DNA of 64,000 nt from Paramecium tetraurelia (Eukaryota). Under the pieces are notes generated by a model that worked only from the letters and a program-made list of their open reading frames with translations, was not told where the DNA came from and made no database searches. Below, one piece after another: positions 1 through 15,200 of this stretch (position 1 is the first letter of the stretch; each line of letters opens with the position of its first letter). Where the stretch lies: assembly GCA_000165425.1 (NCBI GenBank), contig CT868054.1, positions 124,001 through 188,000 on the forward strand, given 5' to 3'. The translations under genes and the position numbers were made by a program.

Positions 1-825
1 ATAAAATTTCGTGTGACTCTGTAGAATCCCATGTGGCAAAATGTAATTGGAATTAAAAAACAAATTAGTGCTAATCATAGAATACAAATTTAAATTAACA
101 CTAGAATTATGGGCAATATAATGAGTGTGGTTGGTATTAAAAATGTGACTAAAAAAAGCTAATGTAAGTTATCAAAACATTTAATTAAAGTGAAGAAGAG
201 ATATAGAGATGTGACAGTATTGATTCTTTTCAGTAGTGCATCTCATTTAATAACAATGGTATAGGATGCACATGGAAACATAATAAATGCTATTAAATTT
301 CACAATGTAGCGAAATCAATGATTTTATGTAATGCAGAATATCTAGAATAAAAGAGAAGTAATACATTTGATATAGTATTAGATGCTAATTGGTTATTAA
401 TGGCAAGTCATCACGTATGGAAAGATAGTATTTTTATTTAGGTGATTTGTTTGATGAATATGAATGCAGGGCAAAGGATTGCAAATTTAATCTATTTTCT
501 TAATGTTAAAATTTTGTGAATGGGAGAAGATGCTTTTAATATTATGGGGAATGTAGCTAATGTTCATATTTCACAACGCTATAATCTTGCTCAGATACAA
601 ATCAATGCACTTGGTAAAATGATGTTTGCAGGAACATATTGTATTACAATTTAAAAATTTAGATGTTCTGACTTGAAAGGGAAAAACCACTGTGAAAGTA
701 AACCATTTTGTTTGTTCAATCAATCGAATTTATAATGTGAAACAAGAACTGACAACCAACTTTATTGTTATGCCTATGATATACCATCTGATCCAATAAA
801 ATCAAAAAAAAAAGTAGAAATTTGA
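1..825 (+). CDS. 3' part of a Cys/Trp-rich repeat protein (Paramecium surface/mini-antigen-like); 5' end outside window
   Basis: Code-6 frame reads ...SCDSVESHVAKCNWNQKTNQC...GIGCTWKHNKCYQISQCSEI...NQCTWQNDVCRNI...; periodic C-x-W-x(3-5)-C motifs; short introns at ~359-382 and ~641-662; TGA at 823-825. Confidence 0.75.
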
Positions 826-974
826 TTGTTAGAAATGTTGTATTTATCTAAAGATTTTTATTAAAAATTGAGAATTGTAGTTATAATCTGTACGATTAAT
901 ATTTTTAAGTATTTAAGCTTAAGAGTTCATAAATATTTTCTATATGAAATTTAGTTATTCATTTAATGCTTATA

Positions 975-1743
975 TCAAATAGCTTTCAGATATTTTGCAA
1001 TTTATTTATTCAATATTGACACCAATTTGTATAATTTTTGATTTAATAATAACCTTTTGTAAGTTCTCTTATACCATTTATACAAAATGGATTTCTTCTT
1101 AACTTTTTGGATCTAAAATATTTTATATAAAGTAAATATAAGTCTTTAATTATTTCTATAAATTTTCACTAAAGCATTCCATACTTTTTTTGTTGTTAAG
1201 GTTGGCTATTTTTTTGCCGTAGAAGATATCTTAAATTCACTAACAGAATATTTTGAAGATTTAAAATTGTTACTAAAAGTAGGGGAAGAAATTAACGACT
1301 AACTTAATTTGTTAGATTTATATTATCTACTCCATTTAGAGAATGTTTTCATTAAGATTTTCTAATTAGTACGTTCTTGAATAATCTTCGTTTTCTCATT
1401 GTCAATTTAAAGTTTTTGACGAATTTGCTTAAATGAGTATTATAGTAATTGCTAGCTTATTTTATGAAAAGCTGCTTCTAATTTAGAGAAATATTCTTTT
1501 TTTAGATGGCTTCGCCTTTATTCTTTAACTTTGAAATATGAAACATGGCAGGTTCTTGGAATTTGACGAACAGGTGACTTTGATCTTGAACGAATAATTT
1601 GATTAAAATTCATATATACATATAAATTTTGTTTCTGAACATATGTCACCTTGTCATTCAAAATCCTTATTGTTCTCATATTTATAACTTAAATCTACTG
1701 AAAACAAGCTTCTTAGAGTTTATATAGATTTCCTAAAAATCAT
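975..1743 (-). CDS. hypothetical basic protein (start uncertain)
   Basis: Open code-6 frame from ~1610 to TGA at 975-977 (IIRSRSKSPVRQIPRTC...MKTFSKWSRQY...SILYKWYKRTY); I could not splice it cleanly to the ATG at 1743. Confidence 0.5.
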
Positions 1744-2301
1744 TAGTAATAATAAAGTTAATTAGCTATTTTGTAATAAAGATAAATTCATTGATTGTAT
1801 GTCTATAATGTATAGTATTTAATTGAAAAAGAAAACTTCAATTCTTAATCTTTTATTTATTTATTAGTTTAGTTTAGTTTATTAAAAATAGTATTTTATA
1901 ATAATTCTAAAATTAACTTAAAAAAGGAGATAACTCAATTAAAGCATTTATTAAATTATAATAATATATTTATTTTTATCAGGAAGAATATTCATTTTTT
2001 GTCTCTTTCTGAAAGCATAATTATATAGTATTCTTATTTATATCTATAATTAATAAATACTTTTAAGTAATAAAACATAATGGCTAATGATTCCTTTGAC
2101 TCAATTATCGATATTTTCTAGGTCGAGTATGAATGCAAATTTTTCAAAAAGTCGACGAAACTAGAATGGTTATGTCTCGTTTGACTGGAATATATCATTT
2201 ATATTCAATTCTGATTTGGTAAAGAGTGAATAAAGACACATTCAATTTAAAAACGTAAACTTTTTTGATTTTAATCTCTTATTAATTTTAATTTTTCAAT
2301 T

Positions 2302-5300
2302 ATGCTTTTCATTCCTTTTGTTTTACTAATTCCAAGCTGCGTTGGTTTCCGTGATTTTGCAGGAAATTTTACTAAAGCAAACTCTAATTTTAGTTGTCCC
2401 GAATATCATTATTACTAACCAGACTTAATTCCTCATACATGTGTTGGTATATATCTTTTATAAAGAAGGGTATGTGAATATTTGCAAAGGAGTTACTGAA
2501 GTAACTGTAAAAATATACAATTTTTAAGAAGTGCTTTGCCATCCTAGATTTTAAGCTTTTAATCTATAGCCTCTTACTACTAATAATTATATTCTTATAT
2601 GCGTTCCCCCTTACTCAACAACTTACCAATACAATTCGAATGGTGAAGTAGTTCACACATGCGAATGTAAATTAGAATCAATTATTTTTTAGTAACCAAT
2701 AATGTTTTTTGTGTTTTAGCTTAAAAATATGGTTCAACAATAAAATGTGAATATTGTTTTGGATATTTAATGAAGACTCCTTGTGATTATATAAAATCTG
2801 GTATAATGGTATTAAGTGTATATCCTCCAATTGTTAAATGTATTAAAGCTTGATTTATAATTAGAATGTCCTTTAAATTGCAAGCGTTGTGATGTCGTAA
2901 CATTATATTGCTCAGAATGTTTGGATGGTTATACAATAAATGGTCCGGGTGATTATAAATGCAGTTATAGTAATACTATCATTAAAAAGCAGAATGCAAG
3001 ACTGAAGATATGAAGTGTACGTATACTCCTTCGACTTAAACTTATTTGACTGTTTATTGTGCAGTTGGATATGAAATGGTATTGGTTAATGGTTTATATG
3101 TTTGTTAATGTAAAATAATTATCAATATAATTAGTTTGCTCTGCTTATTGTACATTGTGTGCTAATAAAGTATGTCAAACCTGTGACACAGGTTATAAAT
3201 TAGTAAGTGGCAAATGTTTTGGAGATCCCAATTGTGCAGCAATTTCGTATGGAATATATTATTATCATAGAATTATTTATAATTCAAATAACTCTCCTAT
3301 TGGATATACCTGTTTATAGTGTGATTTTGGATACTTTCAAAATGGTCCACTTTGCCAATGTAATTCATTAAAGTTTGAATAATAGTGTGTTCCTCAATGC
3401 CTGGTTTAGAGACTTGTTTTTTGTGCAATTCAGGAACAGTATGCAAGACATGTTAATCAGGATATTACTTGAACGATCAAAAGTAATGTATACCTTTTGA
3501 TGGGTGTGATGGAAGATGCAATACTTGTTTGACGAATGATCCATTTTATTGTACAACTTGTGATTACACAAATCTTAAAAGAGTTACAGTAAATGGCCAG
3601 TGTGTTTGTGCACAAGCATAAAATTATGCTGAAAGATTTGGGACCTGTGTTTTATGCACAGAAGGATTCTGTAAGACTTGTACTCTTGACTTTTTTTAAT
3701 GCACATCATGTGATCCAGCAAGGAATAGAGTTCTTGTTGGCACGAATTGTCCATGTCTATAAGGATATTACGAAACTTATTTGGATGATATGAAGTGTTA
3801 AAGTATTAAACTATATTAATTTAGAATGTCATGAAACTTGCTATAATTGCGACGATCCAACAAAGAATGATTGTACTGAATGTGATAGTCTCAAGAACAG
3901 ATATTTGTTCCAAGGATAATGTATATGCAAAAGAGGATATGTGGAAGCCTTATCAGGTGGAGCTTTGCTTTGTTTAGGTTCTTATATCAGTTTAATAGAA
4001 TATAGCATGTCATCCTAGATGTGAAAAATGCTCGAAACCAAAAGACGCTACTACCAATAAATACTGCACTCTTTGTATTGCAGGTCAAAATAGGATGTTG
4101 ACAAGCAAATAATCATGTGATTGTATGAACACATACGGAGATTTAAATGGGGTTTAGGATGTTTGTTTCTGTAACCCTTTATTATATCATAGAATGCTAT
4201 TATACTTGTGGTGGTTGTATTAACAATCAACCTACTGGTTGCAATATGTGTCTTGCATCTTCAAATAGGTATTTGACATCGACGAAGGAATGCTTATGCA
4301 AAGACAATTATTTTGAAGATGGTGTCAATAATAGAGATTGCAAAAGTATTATTTCTATTTGAAAATAGGATGTCATTATTCTTGTTATAATTGTAATAAC
4401 AATTCTGGCATAGATCAATGCACCTAGTGTCCTACTACGAGAGTAGCTGATGGAACTGGATCTACTTTTAAGTGTTTATGTTCGGATCCTCATTCCTTTG
4501 ATGATGGCTAAAGTCTACTTTGTGGTTAATGTCATTATTCATGCTTGACTTGCAATGGATATGATAAGTCTAATTGTTTGACTTGCGATTTGGCTTATAG
4601 AGTATTTGGATTTTCAAAATGTTAATGTCCAACTGGATACTATGAGGTGGGATAACTTTAATGCTAAAGTAAAATTTAAAATCATTATGAGAATGTCATT
4701 TTACTTGCCAGAATTGTTATGATAAGAATTCAGACAATTGCATCACTTGTTCAGCTAATATGAATCGGACTATGATGGGAAACACTTGTATATGCAAGAG
4801 TGGCACATCAGATTACAATGGTTCGCAAGCATTGTGTGAGAGTAATAATATAAATTTGAAATAAAAGATTGTTCATATCGCTGTGCTAATTGTACTTAAC
4901 TTGATACTAGCCAATGCACAAGTTGTCCAGAATTTTCATTTAGAGAACTAGGAGCTAATAAATCTTGTTCGTGTCCATCTAATTTAATTGATATTCCCGT
5001 AAATCCAACTTGTCAAGGTAAACATTTACAATACTCGATTAGTTTGTCACTATACCTGTTATTCATGTTCAGGATTTAAATCGACACAATGTACAAATTG
5101 CAGCGATCTATAATTAAGACAATTAAATAGTAAAGGAGAATGTGAATGCAAAAGCCATTATTATGATATTGGAAGTGCATAATGTCAAAGTTTATTCTCT
5201 CAATATTCTTAGTTTGCAGTAAATTTTGTGTGGATTGTTATCAAACATCTACTAATTGTACTTCATGCCCTTCAGATAGATATTTGACTACTACGAGTAC

Positions 5301-8300
5301 ATGTCTTTGTAAGACAAAACTATAAGGACTGTTGATTAGTACATTCTAATTCTCTACTCAAACGACTTGTTCTAAATGTCATTACTCCTGTTTGACCTGC
5401 GATGGATTTTCATCCTTAAATTGCATAACATGTTCAGATACTGAAAATAGAATTCAGACTGGAACTGCCTGTTTATGTAAGCCTAACTATTTTGATTATG
5501 GTTCTTCTTTATGCAAAAGTATGGATTGATTAATGAACCTCATAGAATGCAGTTACAGATGTAAAACCTGTTCTTAAAGAGAGGAGTAGTGTCTAAGTTG
5601 TCCTCCTTTTAGTCTAAGAGAATATAATTCTTTAATGATGCTATGTAATTGTCCTAATGGCTATTATGATGACGGAACCAATCCATTGTGCTAATGTATT
5701 TAATTCATCGAAAATAGAATGCCATTACACTTGCTTAAAATGCACTGGCTTAGCAACCAATTGTGAATTATGCTCAGGCATTTCCTAAAGAATCTTAGAT
5801 CAAATCTTGTTAACATGTAATTGTTAGCAAGGATATTATGATGATGGAGTTGAAATTTGTAAATAGTGTCATTATACTTGTTTTTCCTGTAATGGAGCAG
5901 GACCTAACTCCTGTAATTCATGTCCATCTGTGGCTACTTCGTATAGAGTATTCTATAATAAAACATGCAATTGTTTAAATGGATACTACGATGATGGGTC
6001 ATCAAGCAATTGTAAGAAATGCTAGAATTAATGTTTAACTTGTCAAACCTATTCGTATCAATGTTTATTATGTCCATCTACCAGACACTTAGATGGATCG
6101 AGTTGTATTTGTGATTTAGGATATTATGATACTGGGGCATAGAAGTGCAGTCAATGTGTTTCTAATTGCTTAAATTGTTAAACCTCATCCACTAATTGCG
6201 TTTCATGTGATTCTACTAAAAAGAGAATTTTAAATACAACAACAAAAACTTGTGTTTGTCAAAGTGGCACAATAGAAATCAACGGCATTTGTTAGGATTG
6301 CGATATTTAATGTAAAACTTGTTCCAATTCTACATCCTATTGCACATCATGTGAATCCATAAGATTGTTAGACAATAATTAATGCATCTGTCTAGATGGT
6401 ACTTATGAATCCAGCATTGACCATTAATGCTATTTTTGTCATAAGTCATGTTTAACTTGTGTCTATCAAGCTACTTAATGTTTGACATGTTCTGAACCAG
6501 ATTTTAGAATTATTAAACCTGGAAATGGTTGTGCATGTTTTGATGGATATTATGAAAACTCAATAACACTATCTTGTGAAAAATGTGATAGTCCTTGTAA
6601 AACATGTGATCTATACGCAACCAATTGTACCTCTTGCTTTGAAGCACTTCATTACAATAAATAATAAAATTATTGTGTGTGTCAATCTGGCTATTTTTAC
6701 AATGCTACTACTAAATTATGTGAAGGTATATTAACATTATTATCCATCATAGCCTGCAATTTCACATGTAAGGAATGTAGCACTTAGCTAAAATGTACGC
6801 AATGTGATTTAAGTACTAGATATTTTGATGATCAACACTTTAAGTGTCTTTGCTAAGATGGCTATTACGAGGCAAATCTGAGTTAATGTCAAAGTATATT
6901 GATTTGTTATTCTTTTTAGTATGCCATATCTCATGCTAAACTTGCATCACTTCTTCTAATAATTGTCTAACATGTGAAACACTACTATACTATAGAAATT
7001 TTAATAATAATTAATGCATTTGCTAAGATGGATATTATGATATTGGAATATCAATGTGTTAGAAATGTAATGATGTTTGCAAAACATGCTAAGTAACAGC
7101 ATACAAATGTTATTCATGTTATCAAAGTGAACACATTCGAACACTTGTTAGTAACTAATGTATCTGCCAAACTGGTTATTATGATAATGGAACTTTAGTT
7201 TGTTAGAGTAATAAAATAGAATTATGATTAGAATGTTCAAATGAATGTCTTACTTGTAGTGGATCAGAGAATCATTGTACTAGTTGCGATATCAATCAAA
7301 AGAGAATCGATTAATCAGTTATCTATAGATGTCCATGCATGACAGGTTTTTATTCCGATGAAAATAAGATTTGCTAAAGTAATTATTGAACTTAACTGTT
7401 AGAATGTCATATCAAATGCACTTCTTGTCTAAATCAAAGTGATCATTGTCTCAGCTGTAAACTTGTAACTGGCAGCAATAGATACACATTGTCATAGAAT
7501 TGTGATTGTAAAGCTGGCTACTTTGATGACGGGATTTAATTACAGTGCTAACAATGCAATCAGAGATGTAAAACATGTGTAAATACTTCAACCAATTGTT
7601 TAACATGTTTCGATAGTTTGAGATTCAACCCTCCTAATTGCAATTGCATTGATGGCAATTATGAAGATGCGTAAAAATATTGCTAACGTATTTAAATTTA
7701 TTAATCTATTAGCATGTAATCATGAATGTAGTACATGTATCAACAAACCAGAAAATTGTTTAACTTGTAAACCTGGTAGAATGACAGCCTAATGTGTATG
7801 CCAAGATGGTTATTTCGAAGCTGGAGTATAAGAATGCTTAAGTAATCAATTAAATCATTTCCATAGAATGTAATATTTAATGTAACACCTGTAATCAAAC
7901 AGCCTCAAACTGTTTATCATGTAAAGGTGATCGTATTAATTCGCCAGGCTGTTCATGTCCATTAGGTTACTTTGATGATCTCATAAATCAAAATTGCCAA
8001 CTATGTGACTCATTATGCTAAACATGCGATCGACTTGGTTGCTCCACTTGTGCAGGAAATAGAATTATATCAAAAGAATACACTTGTGATCCCCCTAACA
8101 ATTCCATATGTAATAATATCACTCCTTGGTGTTCAAGTAAATTGTTACACTATTTTTAGCTTGTGATGTTGCAGTGTTGAATATTCAAATATCTGATGAT
8201 TTAAAATCTGTCATTGTTAAATTTGATTTCCCCTTGAATCCTAAAAGTTTCTCTAGTTAAGTTTAAAAAAACCTTTGCTATCAAATTTTATCCAACACTA

Positions 8301-11300
8301 CTTTAAGTAAATTTGGATTCAATCCTCAATGTCAAATTGATGATATTGATCAAAAAATTCTATATCTTAATTTCGGCAATAATCCAACTATAATTGAAGG
8401 AGATTCCATTGAATTCCTGCCAAATACCTTATAACAATTAGATTGCAATAGTAAATTATCAGTGTTCGTATTAACCGATGTAAAGGCGCCAGGAAATCCA
8501 GTTATTCCTATTTTAGAATTCAATGTACCTGAAATTTAATTGAATCCTTGTGACAGTAATATTATTAGTGTAAAATCAAAATCAAATGATGGTTTTAGAG
8601 GATTAAAAAATATAATATGGTCTTATGCTGTTTAAGGATCCTCTGGCCATGGAGATCTCGAAAATTTTATCCAATTATAGTCAAGTCTCCAGTTATTAGA
8701 TTTAAATATGGATGCCTTAATACTACCAATTTAATCTAACATTACATTTACAGTAGTATTTTCCAACTTTATTGGACAATAATCTTCATAAGTCATTAAG
8801 ATATCAACCCATTCGGGTGCTGCTCCTTCAGTTAATTTTAATGTCAAAAAACAGTTTTATTCATTTTCAGTCATCAATATCATTTTTACAATATAAAAGA
8901 TCAATTGCACTACAAAATTGATTGAAAATCCTAATTATCAGATAAGTTTAAAGGAGAAGGCAAAAACATTTGGATCATCTTCAGAAGTTGATTACCAAAC
9001 AGTATCAAGTCAGATTGATTTTAAAATTAAAATCCCCTCTTATAAATTAACTCCAAGAGCTTTCTATACATTTGAATTGAATGTCTCAGATTCATCAATA
9101 AAGTACTTTTCCTCATAATAAACCACTATTGAAATTCTGCCAGCAGGATTTTTATGTAAGTTCTAGGGAGTCCAATAAGTATAAGATTACAAAAAGGATC
9201 TTAGCATGTCAATTGAATGCATAGATTTAGACACCAACTACTTAGCTAATCAAGATCCTGATCTAACTGTCAATGTCAATTGTACTGACTTATCTACAAA
9301 TGATTTTTGTTTGGATGTTAAATCTCAAAAGATTAAAGTAAACTAAACTGATTTTAGACAAAAGATATCGAAATATCAAGTATAACCATATACAGTTTAA
9401 TCATGGAAAGTGACTGCATTAAAAAATGGATCAAATTAAACTTTTGAGTAAATCATCGTATTCTTAGACGATAACTTTAAGGAATTACAGATGAATTATA
9501 GCAAGGGTTATAATATGAGACCAATAAATAATTATGAAAACCTGAATTTCACTTTTGTTATACCTATTATAGATTAACCACTGATTCTAGAATATAGTAT
9601 TGCAATAATATATGATTATGAAGTGTTGGTTATATTGCAACCTAGTTGTTATTCCTATTAATTTAGGTTGTTCGACTATTATCAAAAGTTTACTAAAGGA
9701 AATCAAATTAATCTTAAATTTTTGGTCTAATTTACTAATGATATCATGCCAGGATAGCATAATCTTAAAGTTAATTTAAATTAACCTCCTCAATGCATCA
9801 GTTAGGTTGATTCAAATTCTAATAAAGCTTTAAGTGTTGTAAAGGTGATCGCCAATTGTCTATTTTCAACTGACACCCCATACAAATATCAACTTAGAGT
9901 CTTAATCAATGAACAAGATTATATGGATTACAAATAAAGAAAAACCGATTATTCGTTAATATTATACTCATTTTAGAGTTCAAATAAATTCCAAATTCTA
10001 CTACCTTCCTCGAAAATATATATCATTTTATAAATTATGGATGCAGATGGTTCGATAGAGAATAATTACTAAGAAATAATAATGAATAAAATTGACTTAA
10101 ATTGTACAACTCTTTCATATTAAAATTCCACTTTCAGATATCAAATTGCATTAGCATTAGAATTGCTTCTCAATAATTATTAGAATTCAGCTTGCTTAAA
10201 TGTTGCCAACCAAATCTTATCCAATATTAAATAATTGTCTTCCACCTATAAATTTGAAGATTAGCAATTAGCCTATAAATTTATTAAAATTTACACTCAT
10301 TACTACTTAAATATGAGCTCCTCTAAATCTACTAATAAAACTAAAAGAATATTAATAGAATCTTCGAGTGATAGATGCTATGACAAAGTCAATTAGAAAT
10401 TCATTTTTACAAATAAAAATGTGTCAAATGAACTTTAATATAACTACACGTATTTAAATACTTAATTCAATAAATTGAAAAATGATGTAGACCAATTAAT
10501 TAAAAATAGATATGAAATAGAATAAGAATTAAGTGAAGACACTTTGGTTTTACAAGAGCCCCTTTATTAGCAAAGAGAATTAATAATAGATGCATTGCAG
10601 AATTAATTACTATTCATTGATGATGCATTTTACGTATTATCAAAGACAAAAATAACTATGAATAGTGAGAAATTGCTGATATTGAATATTGGAGAAGAAC
10701 TTCTACAACTAATCTAAATAATTTCTGATTAAATCAATAGCCAAGCCTAAGTAAATGGCAACCAACTAGATATTGAGGGATAATAGTTATCGTGGAAATT
10801 ATTAAGATAATCAAAAAGTGATTTCAATAAGTTAATTAATATTGAATCTGATTTCACTGACAGTTTCGTTGCCTTTGTTGAAAAATCTTAATTGAGTATC
10901 TCTTATAATTTCTATAATTTGTCAACTGAATATTAGGCTCGATTGCAATAACAATTGAACTATACCAACCTATAGATAGATTCAAATAATTTGTTGAGAT
11001 TGAGTCTCAGAAACTATAGAACTATGTAATATTATGTCAACTATGATAATTTGACTTAGAAATATAATGCAATATTACAACAAATATCATATTGTGAGGA
11101 AGACCATTAATATAATTACGATGATATTTATGAACCCTCTTGTATTTAAATGTCAAATAGCAATTTGTTTAATGTTTGTGATCGAATAGATAAGGAAGAG
11201 AATTCCACTGTTAATGTTATTTGTAGTTGCAATCAATTTGGAAATGTGTTTATAATTCAAAGTCCCCTAAATTAGACTAAATTTATTAACGACTCTGGAA

Positions 11301-12157
11301 TTTAAATTGAATCTTTAGAAACAGATCAGAAAACTCTAGAAATTTTTGAATAACCATTCATCTTATTATAAAGCATATTGACTTGCTTTTCAATTTTAGT
11401 TTATTATTAATTGTACACTTTGGAAAATACACCTCAAGAATAGATGAGTTAATAGTATCAAAATATAGAGAGTTCGGATGATTTAAGTAAATTAGAAAGG
11501 AAAGATCAATTGAAATGCTACCCAGGTGATGTCTTTATTATTAAGGAGAATTATAAAGTATATTATTTTATTTATTTTAGTACATTCATCAATTTTTTTC
11601 GATATTCTATTGCGATGATGTAGTTGTAAAGAAGAGTTATAGATTCCTACAATTTTTCACTGAACTTAGTTTTCTGAATCCAATGGCAATTCTCCTATTA
11701 ACTACATTTTCAGACGAATTGCTATTAAAAATGGTATTCTTCATCAATTTTTCGATGATCTTATTAATGAGATTTATATTTAAGTTGTTTTAGGCAATAT
11801 ATAGATTTGGTGGAAAACTTGCTATGCTAATAGTCTGTATTTAGATTTTGTTGCAAATATTGTCTTACATTTTGTTCATTTATGCGCTTATGAATAAGTA
11901 AGATAAACAATCTTTAATATTTTAGCACCTAGAACTCTGCCTACATCAATTATATGATAGGCGTGATAATAGGAGGAACAATGGTTTTGACCTATTTGAT
12001 ATACGACCCATTGATTATTTTTGTCAGAATACAGATCTATAAACTAATAATCTAGAGTATTAAAAGCCAGCAACTGAATCCACTATTCCATTTTGTCTAT
12101 TTCTTTATTCAACATTACAAGTTGGATTAAATATTTGACAAATATGTGGTTTTTTGA
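2302..12157 (+). CDS. giant surface receptor: signal peptide + furin-like Cys-rich repeats + REJ-like region + GPS-like motif + multi-TM C-terminus (polycystin-1-like architecture), paralog A
   Basis: Starts MLFIPFVLLIPSCVG; ~5.5 kb of C-H-x-x-C-x-x-C...C-x-x-C...R...C-x-C-x-x-G-Y-Y-D repeats; Cys-poor beta-rich region 8160-11200; VICSCNQFGNVF at ~11215-11250; hydrophobic segments and HQFFSIFY...YRFLQFFT after 11580; about 25 short introns; TGA 12155-12157. Confidence 0.85.
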
Positions 12158-12255
12158 TTTAGAGTTAAATGAATAAAATGATAATATTTGTATTCGTAGC
12201 AAATATTAATTATATATACAACAATTCTCCCATTAATATTAGATGTATAATAATA

Positions 12256-15200
12256 TCAAATCAATTTATATTAAGATAATTCGCTTTCTAAGTTTTCATG
12301 GAATATAAAGAAGTATAACAAGTGGTGCATAGGATTCAGTTAATTGGATTTTATACTTGGCAGTATCAAATTATACAAAAATATTCGTATAAAAACAAGT
12401 ATTGGCTCTAATATAACAAAGATTACTATCAAACAACTTAAGAAGACAACGATCAAAGTCACTATATCCCATTCTACTTGCTAACTAAAATGATTTATAT
12501 ATATCTTATTACCTAAAACCAACCATGTATTCTATTGAAGGAGAGAAGAGCAATACTACTTAAACTATTGCACACATGATAGTTATTATTTTACCAAATC
12601 GAGACAATACCCTCAATATCTTCAAGATTCCTCTAGCCATTTCAAAAAGAACGCAATTTATAAACATAAAAATTACATATATCCAAATCTTTTGAATTTC
12701 TAAATTTGAAAATTCAAGCAAAAATAGCAAGAATGCAAAGCTGATTAAAGAAAATGTGCTTAGTATACCTTTACTTAATTTAGTATGATTAATTTCATGA
12801 TAATAAAGTGCTGTTATTTGATGCAAGTACTAAATAGATATTAAGATACATGTACCTTCAATTCCTTCTTAAAAATCTATAAATTTCCAGGATATAGATG
12901 TATAGATTATCTAAAGGAGCTGATTTCGCATTACTGTTTTATTCTGCCTTATTTCTGAATTTTTAGTTCCTAATAAATGTAATAAGAATAGGCGATTAAA
13001 GTAATAAAACAATAGATATTAATAATAATGAATAGAGGGTCACCTATAATAAAACCAATTTAAATCTATGATTTTTAGTTAATTGTTGGTATATCAATAT
13101 ATTCTATAGTATTATCCTTTATGATTGATTTTAATAAGAAAACTTCTCCTGAATAATTGCATTGACAGGCTACTAAAGTCTAATTTAAGGATTCATCAAA
13201 TTGTTATATGAGAGTGCATTTTTTAATTTCTTAGTTGGTTGTTTTGACGATACAAATCAGATCAAATTCTTGGATAATATTGTAATCACTTTTACAAATT
13301 GTGTAATTATTAAAACTAATAATGTAATTTTATAGTTAATCGATTAATATGAAGGGTTTTTTTTTGAAATAGTTCTTTAAAGAGACCCGTTTCAATGGTT
13401 GATCAGCAATCTAAATTTCGGAATCATTTGAATGATCTAATGAATTAAATGAAAAATTGGAGGAAAATAGATATGGATTAAATGCTAAACTCAATTATTC
13501 TAGCTAGCAGAATGAAACTAAAAAATCAAATGCATTGGTGTCTATATTAAGTAACTAATTTAAATGTTTTTTGCTAATTCTTTTTAATGAAAGATTAAAT
13601 GAAGCTCCTTCAAAATCTTAATATATGCCATCAACTATCGCTTTTTCTTAGATGATTGATACTATTGTATTGATTTAATCAAGCAAAAACATGCTTTGGT
13701 TTAACATCATTTCATCAGATTAATTGATTTATTAAATATCTTAAAAGATGTCATCAATTAAAATTAAAGAGGATTTTAAAGAGTCTATTGAAAATTCTTT
13801 GTTTTATTCTAATTATTGATCCCAGAACAATTAATTAGTATTTAATTTTAGAACAATAGATTAGAGATTAAGTAATGAAGAAGATATTAGACTTTTGATT
13901 AAAACTACATTGTTGGTAATTTTATTTTTTAATTTAATTTAGCTTTCATTTTACTGTTATGGTATTCCATAAACAATAAAATGTTTTTTAAGATTATCAA
14001 AACATTTGTCAGTTCCTTCTTGTAGTTTTTCTTCAAATAATCTAATTTATCCTTTATCCATTTAATTTGAAGTTTAGATTAATTTAAATAATTTAATTGA
14101 GGATAATATGAGTTATTTATCTTGGTTTTTGGCTGTAAATAATATCTATTTTAAGTTATCTAATACAGTAATTGATAGATTTGAACATTCATTATTATAG
14201 GTTTCGAATAGTAAACTAATTTTGATTTACAGACTTAATGATTAATTAAAATTAAGAGTACAATTCAATTTACTCTTTTAAATGTTAAACTTTTAATAAA
14301 TGTTAGTAATTGATCCGCCTAAATGAATAACTTAGACCAAAATATTGATATTCGATGAGTTCATTGAGGATGGTAGTGATAATTCAAATTTATTGGAAGT
14401 TTAATACTATTAAAATGTAATGGAGTAATCAGATTAAAACTTCAAGTATTGATAATAATCAGATTCCCTGTAGAAATACTTTAACTAATAGGAGTATGGG
14501 AAGTTGTTTGAATAGTCACATATAGCAGCAATTGAATAGTAGTTCAGATTATTTTGCAGGTCCATTTAGTTAATTTATAATTGTTAACATGGAACAGGCT
14601 AATTGAGATTTAGATTTAGATTGTAGAGATTAGGCATAATATTGTCAGTAAATTATGCATTAAATCGTAAATTAATTTAATTGCCTCTATTCATTTGAGT
14701 GATATAATCAAAAAGTCTAAATTGAAATGTGGTGAAAGTTGGTGAAATTATATTTAGAATCTAATAGTCATAGACAATTCCAACTGAATAGTCTATCAAA
14801 CTTAATTATTAATCTTCAGTAAAAGCAAAGGTGAAATTCAGTAATTCGAAATTATTGATATCCCTCATTAGATAGCCACTATTAAAATTTATCTTCTGAA
14901 CTTTAAATTCATTCTCTAAGAACACAATTACCTCTCTAAAATGATATTCAGCTGCTTTCTTAGTAACTTTAAGAGACCATTCCTGAATTGTGAGTGGTTC
15001 AACACTAAATTTCTTTATGTGTTATAATTTCTCTGTTTTATTTACAAGTATGATATTCTTATGGATGTCAATACATTTTTGATTTCTCGTTAATTCAAAA
15101 CATTCTATTTCTGTAAACATATCTGGATCAGCATTCCAATTGAATTGTGTATCTAAATCTTTGCATTGTATAAGTAAATTCATATCCTTTGCAAATGATT

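Noticed and set aside
975..1610. Sfi1-like centrin-binding repeats (F-x-x-W motifs)
   Set aside because: Only two or three loose matches without regular spacing; insufficient to assign.
3400..8100. CRISPR-like or DNA tandem array suggested by ~150-bp periodicity
   Set aside because: The periodicity is at the protein level (Cys repeats); there is no fixed nucleotide repeat, and the short interspersed AT segments are GT-AG introns.
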